DNA of 59,484 nt, counting the filler, from Jimgerdemannia flammicorona (lineage: Eukaryota): NCBI GenBank assembly GCA_003990765.1. It is 3 parts of 3 records of this genome, joined end to end, with 100 filler letters (N's around TTAATTAATTAA, not from the genome) between each part and the next. Parts side by side here need not be neighbours in the genome. Positions count along the whole stretch, not along the records: positions 19,868 to 39,628 come from RBNJ01001856.1; 2 more parts are not named here. One strand, written 5' to 3'. Position 1 is the first letter of the stretch. Each line of letters starts with the position of its first letter. This document shows, piece after piece, positions 25,112 to 36,500 of this stretch. Below the pieces are notes generated by a model, which saw only the letters and a list, made by a program, of their open reading frames with translations, was not told the DNA's origin and made no database searches. The translations under genes and the position numbers were made by a program.

Positions 25112-27834
25112 ATGCAGAACGAAAAAGAATTCTTCGACGAATGCCACTACTGCCGCTTCTCCCGTGGCAGGACGTAAGTAAACCCTTCACTTATTCAGCT
25201 TGCCGAACTTCGCAGGGTCCGCACTGACGATCCAAATCTTCCGCATCGGATGCACAAACCATAGCAACATCTACGGCCTTGCCACCGTCTCTTCCAAGAT
25301 GCCTACGTGTCTGCCATGCTCTTCGGATTTCCCGTCTCACAGATACACACATATGCCATTTCTACCTGTCGGCCCAAAAGAGGGTACGTTTGTCGGGCCT
25401 TTATTGATTCTTCTTTGTACTGTGCATTCATTAAATCACTACACGTCAACACAGTACCAAGCCTCCGCGCACCCAGACAGCACGCGCTCGTCGCATCGGC
25501 AACCGAGGTTACGGCGTTGATCTCGTCTGAGGGCTACTGGAACACGCTGACGATTCCGCTGAACCATGAGACAGGTTGGTTGATCGGGCGATGAGTTTCC
25601 AGATTGTATTTTTCGTCCATTGGCTTGCTAAACCCCCGTTCTTTGATATCTCAATAAGGCAAATTCGAGATCATCTCGATTGACGCCTTCGAACGCACCA
25701 TCGACCGCGGGCTCAATACCGTCACCAACTTCATCATCGCCGTGGCAGCCTTCCAGGTCCTTCATTCACCTCCGCACGATACCGCTTGTCTTTGATCATG
25801 ATGGCGTCCCCGGCTCACCGATGTCTGCCTTCATAATCTGCTGTATAGACTGGCGGGTCCAAGTCTAACATCGAGCTAAATGAGACTGACGACTATTGTC
25901 TGCGGATATACGGGGCGTCCACGGCACCGAGCGTGTACTTGGAGGAAACACTGTTCAACATTGGAGGTTAGTTGGCGACGCTTTCTTGTGGTCTGATCTG
26001 ATTGGCGGTGGTAATGAAACAAAAATATAATGTTCTCTCCTTCCCTCGCGCTTTTTGGTATAGGCTCATTCCAGGTCATTAAGCTAAAAGCAGCACCCAT
26101 GCATCTCTCCCACATCAAGTGAGTGCAGCACCTCTTTCGTCTCATCTTAGTATTTCGCAACCTCGCTTGCACGTCTTCACCGACATGCCTCTCATCCCCA
26201 CGCAGCATCACTCAGAACGGGCGATGCCAGACCGCGATCATCCTTTCCGCGACGGACGGGATCGTGCACGTGTATCTCGAGGTTGGTAACCGTACTTGCA
26301 GAGGTTTGGGTTTACGTGTCGAGTCGTTCGCGAGGTTGGATCATCGTTCTCATTCGTGGTGCCTCCTGCAGGAGCCTGTGACTGCCGAATTCCTTGAGGT
26401 CGATGTGGAGGAGTACTTCTCGATCCTAGGCCGTATGTCGACCGCGAGGCTCAAGTATGCGGGATGACCTTCCTTCTTGTATTGATATTCGGCGTACCTT
26501 CGGATAGTTCCCTCATTCCATACGTTATCATCAACCGCGGCAGCGTTCTGTCCCTGGACATCTTCGATGAGGAGGACACGCGCGTGGTCGTGGCCGGTAG
26601 CCAGAGCGGAGAGTTGCACATGGCGGTTTACCAAATCGACAAGATGGTCAATGGGCTGAGTGGGTGGAGTTCCGCGTTCGGTTTCGTTTGACGTGGTTTC
26701 TGTCAGAGTCGTGTGCTATTGCGTTGGTAGATTTACGGTATTCCTTGTCTATGTCGTACCGCCGATTTCTATCTCTACCACCAAACAAGTCGAAGAATCC
26801 TCCCACTCGACGAAACTCTTCACTCCGATCACCTCTGTCAAGATCTTCCGCGCCGTCCAACGCAAGGCGACCTCGGCACCGCCGACAGGTAATCCCACTT
26901 ATTCGCACATAGATCATGGCAATGTCTTGCTACACTCACTTACCTACACCCCCGTCCATCCATCTGTACATGATCCATCAACCCGAAGTAGCCACCACGT
27001 CATCCACCACCGTCCGCGTCGCCCAGCCAACAACCCCGCTCAACCTCCTCATTACCTGCGCGATTGAGCAGGCCAGCGTGTACCAGTGAGTCACATCTCA
27101 CTCCGATCAATCCTTCCTGACATCCTTCCTGCGATAACATGCCCGAACTCCACCCTCCTTCCCCCAAAAGCGACATCACAACGCGCGGCCTCTCCAGGTG
27201 CACGATCCTTCCCGAGTCGAATCAGAATGACAGCGTGTTATGCTCGCACGTGCTCGACGTCGACTGGGATGGTGAAGCAGAGCTGATTCTGGGGACGTAC
27301 GGACGGCAGTTGCTGATTTACAAGCAGAGTGAGTATTGTGATGTTGGGATCCGGGCTGCCATCTGCAGGATTAAATTGGATTTTTTGGTACTTGTCACAC
27401 ATTGAATGTCATCTTTTTCCGTCTCACCTCCGCTTAAACAGTCCCAGGAATGGACAACCAATATCAAATCCTCTGGCGACGCACGTTCGCATACCCGATC
27501 TACCGTATTGAGAGTCTGGATCTGAACCGCGACGGTCTGGACGAGCTGATCGTGACAACGACGTTCGGCGTCCACATCTTCCAGGTTAACATTTACATCC
27601 TTCCGTATTCACATATTGGTTATAGAAACTTTCGCTAATATTTGGAGAACTTATTTTCAGCCGAATCTCGAGGAGGCGCGCGTGCGGTTGGTGGAGGTGC
27701 TGCGGTACGTGGAGGAGATGAAGCTGAAGAAGCAGACGTTGTTAAAGGAGAGAGAAAGGAAGAGGGTGGAGGAAAGGAAGGAGGGAGAGGAAGGAAAGGG
27801 GAAGGAAAAGGGTGTGATGATCGAGTCAGAATGA
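25112..27834 (+). CDS. KPTN: Kaptin (KICSTOR complex subunit), multi-exon
   Basis: Spliced translation gives MQNEKEFFDECHYCRFSRGRT/NIYGLAT, FEIISIDAF, CLRIYG, TAIILSATDGIVHVY, VLSLDI..VVAGSQSG, PITSVKIF, LPESNQNDSVLCSHVLDVDWDGEAELILGTYGRQLLIYK and LWRRTFAYPIYRIESLDLNRDGLDELIVTTTFGVHIFQ. These are collinear with animal kaptin motifs as I recall them ([51 protein letters not shown]). More than 10 short GT-AG introns; internal exon limits were not all resolved. Confidence 0.92.
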
Positions 27835-28047
27835 TGGTGGCTTATGATGGTTGGTTGTGCGAGGAACGGCTTCTTTTTATGTACATAAGAGGTTGGAGTA
27901 ATGGAACCACAATTTACAAACTGAGCGCAAGAGCGATCTGCAAATATATATAGCGAGTTTTCGCGAAGATATTTTTGGGACACTAGCCCATTATACAGTC
28001 TAACATGACAATATTCCCCAACTCAAAGAACAAACTCAACCCTCATC

Positions 28048-29571
28048 TTAATTTTTCTTGCGCTTAATCAAACTCCCCGACAAAATATTAACCACGGGTT
28101 CCTGCGTCGCCTCCACCCTCTTCCTCTTTACCATACCCTGCAAATCGTTCACCTGCGCCCCAGCAGCAATGCCAATCGCACCACCCTGCGTCCCCCTCTC
28201 TCCAATTCCAGGATCGTCGGTGGTCATGACGATCGTCGGCACGGACGCCTGGACTTCAGCGCCCTGTACGAACTCGGTAAACTCCCTCGTTGACGTGACC
28301 GCCGCCTCGCGGGTCGAGAAGTCCGCGAACATAAGCTTGTTCCATGCCAGGGTGAAGCGGTCTTGGGTCAGCCCTTTGTCGCGCCAGGCCTCGCCTTGCT
28401 TGTTCTGTTCCTCTCCGTCTTTGGTGGCCTCTTTGCGCCCACCGATCTCTACCACAAAGAACCCCGCGAGCTGACCGGCTCCGCATTCCTCCCCGATTGA
28501 CATCAGCTCCCAGAACTCCTGCACCGTGATCTCTCCCTCCCCTTCCTCTTTCTCTTCCTTTCCATCCTCTGTCTTCCCCTCTTCCTCCCCTTCTCCCTCT
28601 CCTTCCTCTCCTTCCTCTTCCTCCTCTTCCTCTCCCTCTCCCTCACTCTCCCTCTTTTCACCCCCTCCCCCTTCTCCTTCCATGCCCTCCTCATTCTCCT
28701 CGTCACCACTCTCATCACGATCGGCTTCCGCAGGTTCTTCGTCATCACTCCCAACAACGCGACCGTCTCCGTAAGTGCGGAACAACCGCTGCTTAGGATC
28801 GTCCTGGAATTGCGGAATCACGTCCCGGGCGCGCGCGCTAGGGTCATGCGGATACCCGTACGTCCAGCGAACGCCATTAGTGGCAGTGGCGGTGGCGGCA
28901 GGGATTGTCTCGCGGATGGCGCTGCAAGCGACCCGTTCAGTCTCGACTCCCGGGATAAACCACCACGCCTTCATGGGCGGCCCCCCCTGTGTTGCCGACT
29001 CTCCGACGACGTTCGCGGCATCCCACGTATTAAACGGCCCTGTCAGCGCCCTCTTCCACCACCGGATGAGGCCGCGATCGTCCTGAGCGCGCTTGAGCGG
29101 ATTCTTGGAGGAGCGGGCGAAGAGGTATTGCGGCTGTGCGCGGGCAAACACGTGGATAGTCGTTGTTGGGGGAAGAGATGCAATGTAGGCGGTGATGAGG
29201 GCGCGGGTTGGGGAGGTAAGAGAGTGGTTTGTGGGACGTGGCCAATAGCCTGAGGTGTCGACCTTGGAGATGTAGGCGATGAGGGAGGGTGTTGGGGTTG
29301 TGGTGGAGTATTCGTAAGTTTCGAGACCGCAGATGAGGATTTCAGGGGAGGTGTCTGTAGATGCCTCTGCGGGGAGGTTGAGTGGTGGACGGTGCGAGAC
29401 CAGGAGGAGGCGGTGCACGAGGGTGCAGTCGGGGTCTGGGGTCGAGACGAGGGGCTTGCAGGGTTTGGGTTTGGTGGAGAGGTTGTGGATGGTGAATGTG
29501 TGGGTTCCTGGTATCCGAGAAAAGGTATCAGCCAGTGATTTTTCGAGGGTTGCGGAGTTGAGGAATGGCAT
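28048..29571 (-). CDS. RTT109: Histone H3K56 acetyltransferase Rtt109 (KAT11), intronless
   Basis: Motifs YISKVDTSG, VFARAQPQYLF..S.KNP.K..DDRGLIRWW, IPQFQDDPKQR, EFWELM...EC.AG...GF and a C-terminal VNxL...KRK. The first ATG (MPFLNS) is at 29571. Confidence 0.95.
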   Translation of the reverse strand: MPFLNSATLEKSLADTFSRIPGTHTFTIHNLSTKPKPCKPLVSTPDPDCTLVHRLLLVSHRPPLNLPAEASTDTSPEILICGLETYEYSTTTPTPSLIAYISKVDTSGYWPRPTNHSLTSPTRALITAYIASLPPTTTIHVFARAQPQYLFARSSKNPLKRAQDDRGLIRWWKRALTGPFNTWDAANVVGESATQGGPPMKAWWFIPGVETERVACSAIRETIPAATATATNGVRWTYGYPHDPSARARDVIPQFQDDPKQRLFRTYGDGRVVGSDDEEPAEADRDESGDEENEEGMEGEGGGGEKRESEGEGEEEEEEEGEEGEGEGEEEGKTEDGKEEKEEGEGEITVQEFWELMSIGEECGAGQLAGFFVVEIGGRKEATKDGEEQNKQGEAWRDKGLTQDRFTLAWNKLMFADFSTREAAVTSTREFTEFVQGAEVQASVPTIVMTTDDPGIGERGTQGGAIGIAAGAQVNDLQGMVKRKRVEATQEPVVNILSGSLIKRKKN

Positions 29572-29620
29572 GGCTTGTTTCAATGAAGCGCTTGGAGGAA
29601 CCAAGCGGCGAACTTACAAA

Positions 29621-29661
29621 ACGCGTACTCACGTGATCATTTCTCCGTTTCTGATTGGCCA
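29621..29661 (-). promoter_or_regulatory. RTT109 proximal promoter with MCB (ACGCGT), CACGTG and CCAAT-like boxes
   Basis: ACGCGT at 29621-29626, CACGTG at 29630-29635 and ATTGG at ~29654-29658, 50-90 bp upstream of the ATG. An MCB fits G1/S expression of RTT109 in yeasts. Short motifs can occur by chance. Confidence 0.45.
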
Positions 29662-30572
29662 ACATATTCCAGTTACTTTGTATAGCAACTTCTTTTGATT
29701 TCTTACTATCTGGTTAGAAAGTGTACTGACGATGACATTTGTGTGGAAGATTCTTCAATAGTACAATCAGGTCGCTTTTAATGTGGCCAAATAAATGTTT
29801 CTTGGGCCACTTTGATAGCAGATCATATGCCATGTGATTTTCGTCACTGATATTACGTCAATTAACTTGTCAGAAACTCCGATGGAACTTCTTGTCCCCC
29901 ATGATTCGAAGCCATGTGCATGCGTACTTTGTCAATGTACACAATCTTGAACATTCTGCACTGTTTGCAGAGTGCTTCTACGTATCGTATCGCTTTTTTG
30001 TCTTTTTTCACAGTAATAAAAGGAAGCACATTGATGAGTGTGTATGTCGTGCTTTGGTTAACCGGGATTATAGAAAAGAAGGTTGCAGTTGTCATCAACG
30101 GGATTCCCGATGTGTCGACGACGTTGAAGGTCAGAGGATGCAAGCACATTTCGGGTGGGTACATGGTACGGACATTATTTTCATTCCTCCACGGCACATG
30201 TCAAACGAAGTGTTGAACACGAGACGAGCAAATCGACACCCGAAGTTTATGAACAAGACTCAAAAATCAAATGTCCAAGAAAAGGAAACAAAAGAAGCAA
30301 ACAGGAGGAAAAATAAAAATAAAAAACAAAAACACAGGGTACCAGGTCAAGACGAGAAACCGCCGTATTACTAATTATCTATATACAACTCAGTACCGAA
30401 ATGATATGCAGCTCACGCTTCCTTTCCGAACGTATAGCGGGCACCACTCTTGCCAATACCAGCACTTCCTGAGGCTCCGAGATATCCAACTAAAAGAAGT
30501 ATGGAATAGAAATGGATGGAGATTAGATCTTATGCAAAAGTCCAGCCTAGCGGATCTCTACCATACCCCAGT

Positions 30573-33500
30573 TCAAAGAGGACGAAACCTACCACCATAA
30601 CTCTCCCTCCGACTCGACGGACCAGCGACATCCGCGTTCTGGCCGAAATGGGTGTCAACGATCTCATCAAAAATTTCATCTGCATCAAAGAATTCCTCGG
30701 CATCCACGAATTCATCGTCATCGGAATCGCTGTCGTCTTGTGCCTCGCCATGCTCCCCCTCCTGAAGACCCTCATCCTCCATGTAGACCGACTCCTCTTC
30801 GTCTGTCTCGTAATTGTTCTGCTGCATCTCGTCTTCCGTTTGAAGACTCAACGCCAGCGCCGCAGCCAATTCCAGTTCCTCCTGCTCCTCCACGGTCAAC
30901 ACCTCCGTGACGGGCTGCTGCTCCTGCGCCATCTCATCCTGCCTCTTGCACAACAGATTGTATGCTTCGTACACGTGCCCGACCAGCAGCGACTCAGGCA
31001 ATGTAGCAATGACATCATCGTCCTCGGATATCAAATCCTGCCACTTGCCAATGATGGGATCGTCAGGCGCCAAGTTGCTGTTGGCGCTCGTGAGGTATCG
31101 GATGACGAATTTCCTCAGTGCAGCGCAAAGTTTGTCGTATGATGTGATGTTTGTGGTTGTCATGATGAACTCCTCCGTGATGATGTCACCTGCCTCGAGT
31201 GGTATCCTGTACTTCTCCGGCACAAGGTCAAACAGGACGTTCGAGACCATATTCTCGATCGTCTCGTAGAAGGCGACGACATGGCCCAGGCGCAGCTCGC
31301 CGAGGACGGTCTTGCGGAACAGCTCGGGGTTTAGGACCGAAAGTGAAGATACTGTCTCCGCGTCTGCTGACGAGCCGGTCGCGAGCCTCGGGGCTACTAC
31401 GCTGGAGTAGCTGAGCCATTGATGACAGTAGTCCTTGATTAGCATGTTCTCGTTGACCTCCAGCTTGCCGAGCGTCCTTTCCAGATAGCACAGCAGGATC
31501 TCGAGGTCCGAGAGCAGGTCGGGTGCCATGTCGCGGAGGTTGGAATCGTTCGTAATGTCTGTGGCCAGCCTGTTATCGAGCGGAACCTGCGGGATGAGGT
31601 ACTCGATATTGCTCGTGATGTTCATGTGCTCCTGGAACATCTCGCCACGGTACGGAAACTTATCCATCTCGGTCTGAATATGCACCTTGTTGAAAACAAG
31701 CATCCTGGCAAGATACGCCTCAATTTCTGCCAGGTCATACTCGATGACCTGTCCGCGGCCATACTCTGGCCTGCGTTGAAAGTTCATAAGCAACCCCCGG
31801 TGGTATCGCGACTTGAGACAATCGTTTGCGTCGGCGATGACCTGCGAGTCGTGCAGATCCTGGAGGCGAACGGAAGTGAAGGTGGCGCGTTGCTGGGCCG
31901 GTTGTAGCTGCCCGTTGTCATCGGTGCCGCTAAAATTGACCTCGGTGGGCTGAAGGAACACCAGAGGCCGGCAGGCGTTAACCTCGATCATGCCGACGTC
32001 GGCTAGGAAGTTGTTTTGGTATTGCGCCAGCGTTTCGAGGGCGACATGCAGGTAGACAGATTCGTCCTTCGGCTCGTAGATGGCGAACACCACCTTAGTA
32101 TCTACGGTCATCTCTTCCATCGGGGGTAGGTCCTCGCAGCCGAACCTCGTGACTAGATGGCGGACCGAGTTCCAGGCATCAACGAAGTCGCTGAAGAGCA
32201 TTACGAGCTGAACGTAGAGATGGTATTCCGATTTCTTGCGCTCTTGTTCCAGGAACTTGGCAAACGTCAGTCTTCGAGCATCTTCCCGCTTGATGCGGTG
32301 ACCTAGTCGAGCCCGGATTTCTTTCGGGAACCTGATCAGGGGCAATAAATACTGGACGAGGTTGAGATTATTCCAATGGTTGAAGAACTTCCCCAGGAAG
32401 GGGAATTGCCGATGCTTTTCTGGATTCGGTTCATAGATTGTGCGCAATTCCTGCACAAACATTTCGTCGGTGATCGTAGTTCCAAGATACCTCCACAGTG
32501 TGAGATATTGCTGCTGTTGTTCCTGTTGATGTGCGGCCAGATCGAGAGTCTCCATCAACTCGTGCTCCAAGAGGTAACCATCCTGCTGGACCTTCACAAG
32601 CTTCGTCCGGTATTCCGCAATGGACTGACGCAGATTCGAGATCTCGGGCATTAGGCACGTATTCATGAAACTGGTCATCCATGCCTCCCTTAAGTCGACG
32701 GTGGAAAGCGGCGCTATTGTCTCGGCATGTTGTTTCTCCATACGAAGCAGCACGGCGTGTAGCATCACGTGCAGCATATCATCATCGCAATTGAGGATAT
32801 GTTTGAGCACGTTCCAATCCTTGCAGATGTGGTCAAGGCAATACTGTCGAGGGTCCTGGTTTGTGACTGCATTTGCGATGGCGGATGGCACGAAAGCGAA
32901 GATGGAGTGAGTGAAGAGGTGTAGCACCCTGTAGGCAGTGGGTGTTAACATGCTGTGGGTGTATTGCGGATATTCGATGCTCTCAGGGGATTCAAACACA
33001 TAACCACGCAAATCATTTCTGTTGAGCGCGTCGTCTACTGGCCGGCTGTCACTAACCCACTGGTGGTTAGTACCACCAATGGTTCGGCCACACGTTGGAC
33101 ATCTGCTTTGGATCATGGGCTTTTGGATGAGTCAGATAAAAATAATTCGGAGACGTATCAATAAAATTTACGAACAGATTACCTCCTCAACAAAGTTGAA
33201 ATATATATATATAATACGTTACCAGCCCACAGTTCGCCACGACATAAATCATGCCACACGAACACTGATACCTTCTTGTAAAGCCACTGTGAACCGTAAT
33301 ATTGTTCGAGCTTATAAGTATGTATTTGGCAGCAGCACAAAAAAAAAAAAAAGCAAACTAAGTTAAAGTTACCCTGTAGACTGCAGAACATGCAATATTG
33401 CCGTGGTTTCATCTGCTGGACAAGCAACCACGAAGTTAGGCTGAACTTGCTCCGGATTGTGTAAATAAGTTGCCAACGGCGTGCATCTTGGTTCCAAGGC

Positions 33501-36500
33501 TGCATGCAATACAATCACGTGCGCAATAACAGAGTGACGCATAATAATCTCAGGGTTGTCATCTGTCTCCGGCAGAAGCGGGGAGTTGCGATCAAGTACG
33601 AGCCCATTGAGAAGTTGCCGAGGAAAACCGGTGAGATGCGGGGTGCTTGTCAGCCAAGCCGCGAGCGCAGCTTGACTTTGGTTCCACTGGACCGACGAAG
33701 GAGTGAAGAGAAGGTTCACGGCGGCGCCGAATAATCCAAGCTTCGAGTTGAAATCTTGAAGGGAAAGCAATTGGACGATACCAGACTCGTTTCGCGTGGC
33801 CTGCAGCCGCGAGAACGCCTCATAGGCCTGCCGTGCCTGACTTGCGAAAGTGTATGGATCGAATTCCTTCCGGGTATAGTTAATTTGGTCCCACTTCACC
33901 CGCTCGTTAGCAATCCACGGAAGCACGTCTTGGAAAGGAGCGCATCGGTCCCGAAGTTCCATAGGAGAGAGACCGAACTGATCTCGCAGGGATTGAAGGA
34001 AATAGACTACGACGCGGTACGCAACTGGCGTATCGACCTCAAGGATCAGATTGATTTCTTTTACGACGTCGTCATTGCCGTGAAACACCCCGCGGCCAAA
34101 CTGTAAGGCAAGTTTTCCAAACAGCGTTTTCATAAGCGCAACTGCGCAAATGTATTTAAGCGGTTCGCGGAAATCTTGGAGGATGGTGAAGGCGTTTTCG
34201 AATAGTTGGCCCAGTTTCGAAATGCTTGTTGGTGCCAGAAATCTCTCGCAGATGACATCGCAGCAAATCACGGCGAGCTGTGAATCCAACCCCGCATTAT
34301 CAAGGCATCTTTTAATCATCTGCATTTCCGTCGAAAGACCGTTGGTAGCATTTGCTGACAAGGGCAATTCCAGCACATTAAAGAATAATTCCGGTGACGC
34401 TGAATTCTGTGCGACGAAAATCTTTTGAATCAGCGAGGCAGACTGTGGCAAGGGATTTGCAATGAAAATCTGCTCCAAAACTCCAAGATTGGCAAGTGAT
34501 TCTCGGGAAATGACATCGGGATTGCAAGTGACAATCTCAAGACACTGAATGAAGAACGTCCTCTGGCAGTTGTGCTTTTCGACACTGTCGCGAATTAGGT
34601 CGGTTTGGTCAAGCTCGCCGAAATAGGTCAAAACATCAGCGACAAATCTTTGCAGATAGTCGTTGGTTAGCTCCGCATTGTGAATGTTATCCACGAGTTC
34701 CAAGACCCCGCGGAGGGGAAGTTTGCGCGGAAATACTAAGGTTGAACAGATTTCAAAAACACATTTCAAAAGCCTCCAAGCCGCGCAATTATTATACTCG
34801 GGAATCTTGGCGCACAGTGCGAGGAGTGTGTCTGCGTTGCGTTGCCAGATGTCCGTGTCTATGGCTTCGCGAAGCTCCAAAAGAACTAGCCGTGCAACAT
34901 ATGGTGCGAGGTCGATCTTCCTATCATCCGTGGCGTGTAGCAACGACTCGAGGTCACATCCCATGTTCGACATGCAGAACTGGACGATTCTCAGCTGCGT
35001 CATGATTCTCTCTTCGTTTTCCCACCAGTGGACGTGGAACAGGACGGGATTGGCACGTCCTTCGAGTTCTTGAATTACTATCCTTGACAGGAACCTTATG
35101 TGCTCTGAGGTATTAATTCCCAGAGACATGGTCAGCAAATCGGCCAGATAGAACTCTCCGTACTTCTCGAACGCACGGTGCTCCAGCAATGGCACGAATG
35201 TGGTAACCCACCGAACAAACTGTTCGTGGTGATCCAGGGCTGTCTTTGGGGTTTCAAAGTAAGTCAGCTTGAAGCCCTCGATCCTTTCCATGAAATGGCG
35301 AGAAAATGGGAAACGGAAGATATGCAAACGACCAGGGAGACGGTATCCGTTTGGCTGAGGTTCCGTCGTCTCGATCTTGAAAATGGCATGGTCGTTGAAA
35401 ATTCTCATCCAAAGCTCGTAAAGGGCGTTGTTCTCATAATCGTCGTCGTCGTCCTCGATGAAGAACAGAGATGAGAGGGCCGACTTTTTCTCCAATGAAT
35501 AGATGAGCTTAGCGAGCGGGACACGAACGACGTGACAGATCTGTTTTTCCAAGGCGCGGGAGAACGAGTTCGAGAGCTTGAGAGTCTGTTTGTCACATGC
35601 GGTATGATATTGCCAATTAGGAGTTCCATGCTTTTCAAGCAATGTCTCCACCTGACGTTGCAAGATATGGACGAGCGGCTGACAGTAAGGAAGCTTCTCT
35701 CCTATAATACTGCAGAGATTATAGGATGATTTCAGTGCTTAAGCTAAAAATATCTTGCCTCATAGCAACCATTTAAATGATAAAAATATAAATAATTACC
35801 GGATTCTCTCGAGGGATTCCGAGCTTGGGTCATATTTGATGCACAAAAGGCACCATTGCAACTCTTTCTCAAGAATATCGCTGAACGGATACACTAACGA
35901 CTTTGCCACGGCCGGCGAGGCCACTTCATCAACGCTATCAACATTTCCTTGATGTCCATGAATAATGTTGTATATTGAGCCATCAAGGAGAGACGTCAAT
36001 GAGCGTTTGCGTGGAGTGAGCTCCTCAATAAATATTTGATACCAATCGCAAAGGAAGTCGGAGCGGTTCTTGTCGAGCATCGGCGAGCCGGCTCCGACCC
36101 CACGGTTGATGTGCATCATAATGCATGCGCACTTTTGAGACCCTTGATGGGACGTCCCCAAAGCTTTGGCAAGGTACTCTTTGCGGTAAAAATCGATGAA
36201 GAATCGGGCAAGTTTCACGCAACCTTGACTTGACGTCGCCGGATCGCACTGGAGGATGAGAAGTCCTTTGGTGGACTCGAGCCAGAAGTGCTGGATGTTA
36301 CTTTGTAGCTGCGATTCGGAATGGAATAGCTCCAACTTTTCCACTGTGACGTCTTCCCTCCCAACACATGCATGGATGTCGGTATTGATATTAGAGAAGG
36401 TCTTAATGAGCACGTTTCCAAAGTCATTTGAGCCGACTTGGTCAGAGTAAAACCAGTCAAAGAAAGATGACAGGTGCGAGTGCTTCTGGCTGTTGAAGTA

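Noticed and set aside
29862..30600. Small overlapping ORFs between RTT109 and the RNF213-like gene
   Set aside because: No recognisable motifs and conflicting frames on both strands. Probably UTR or promoter DNA.
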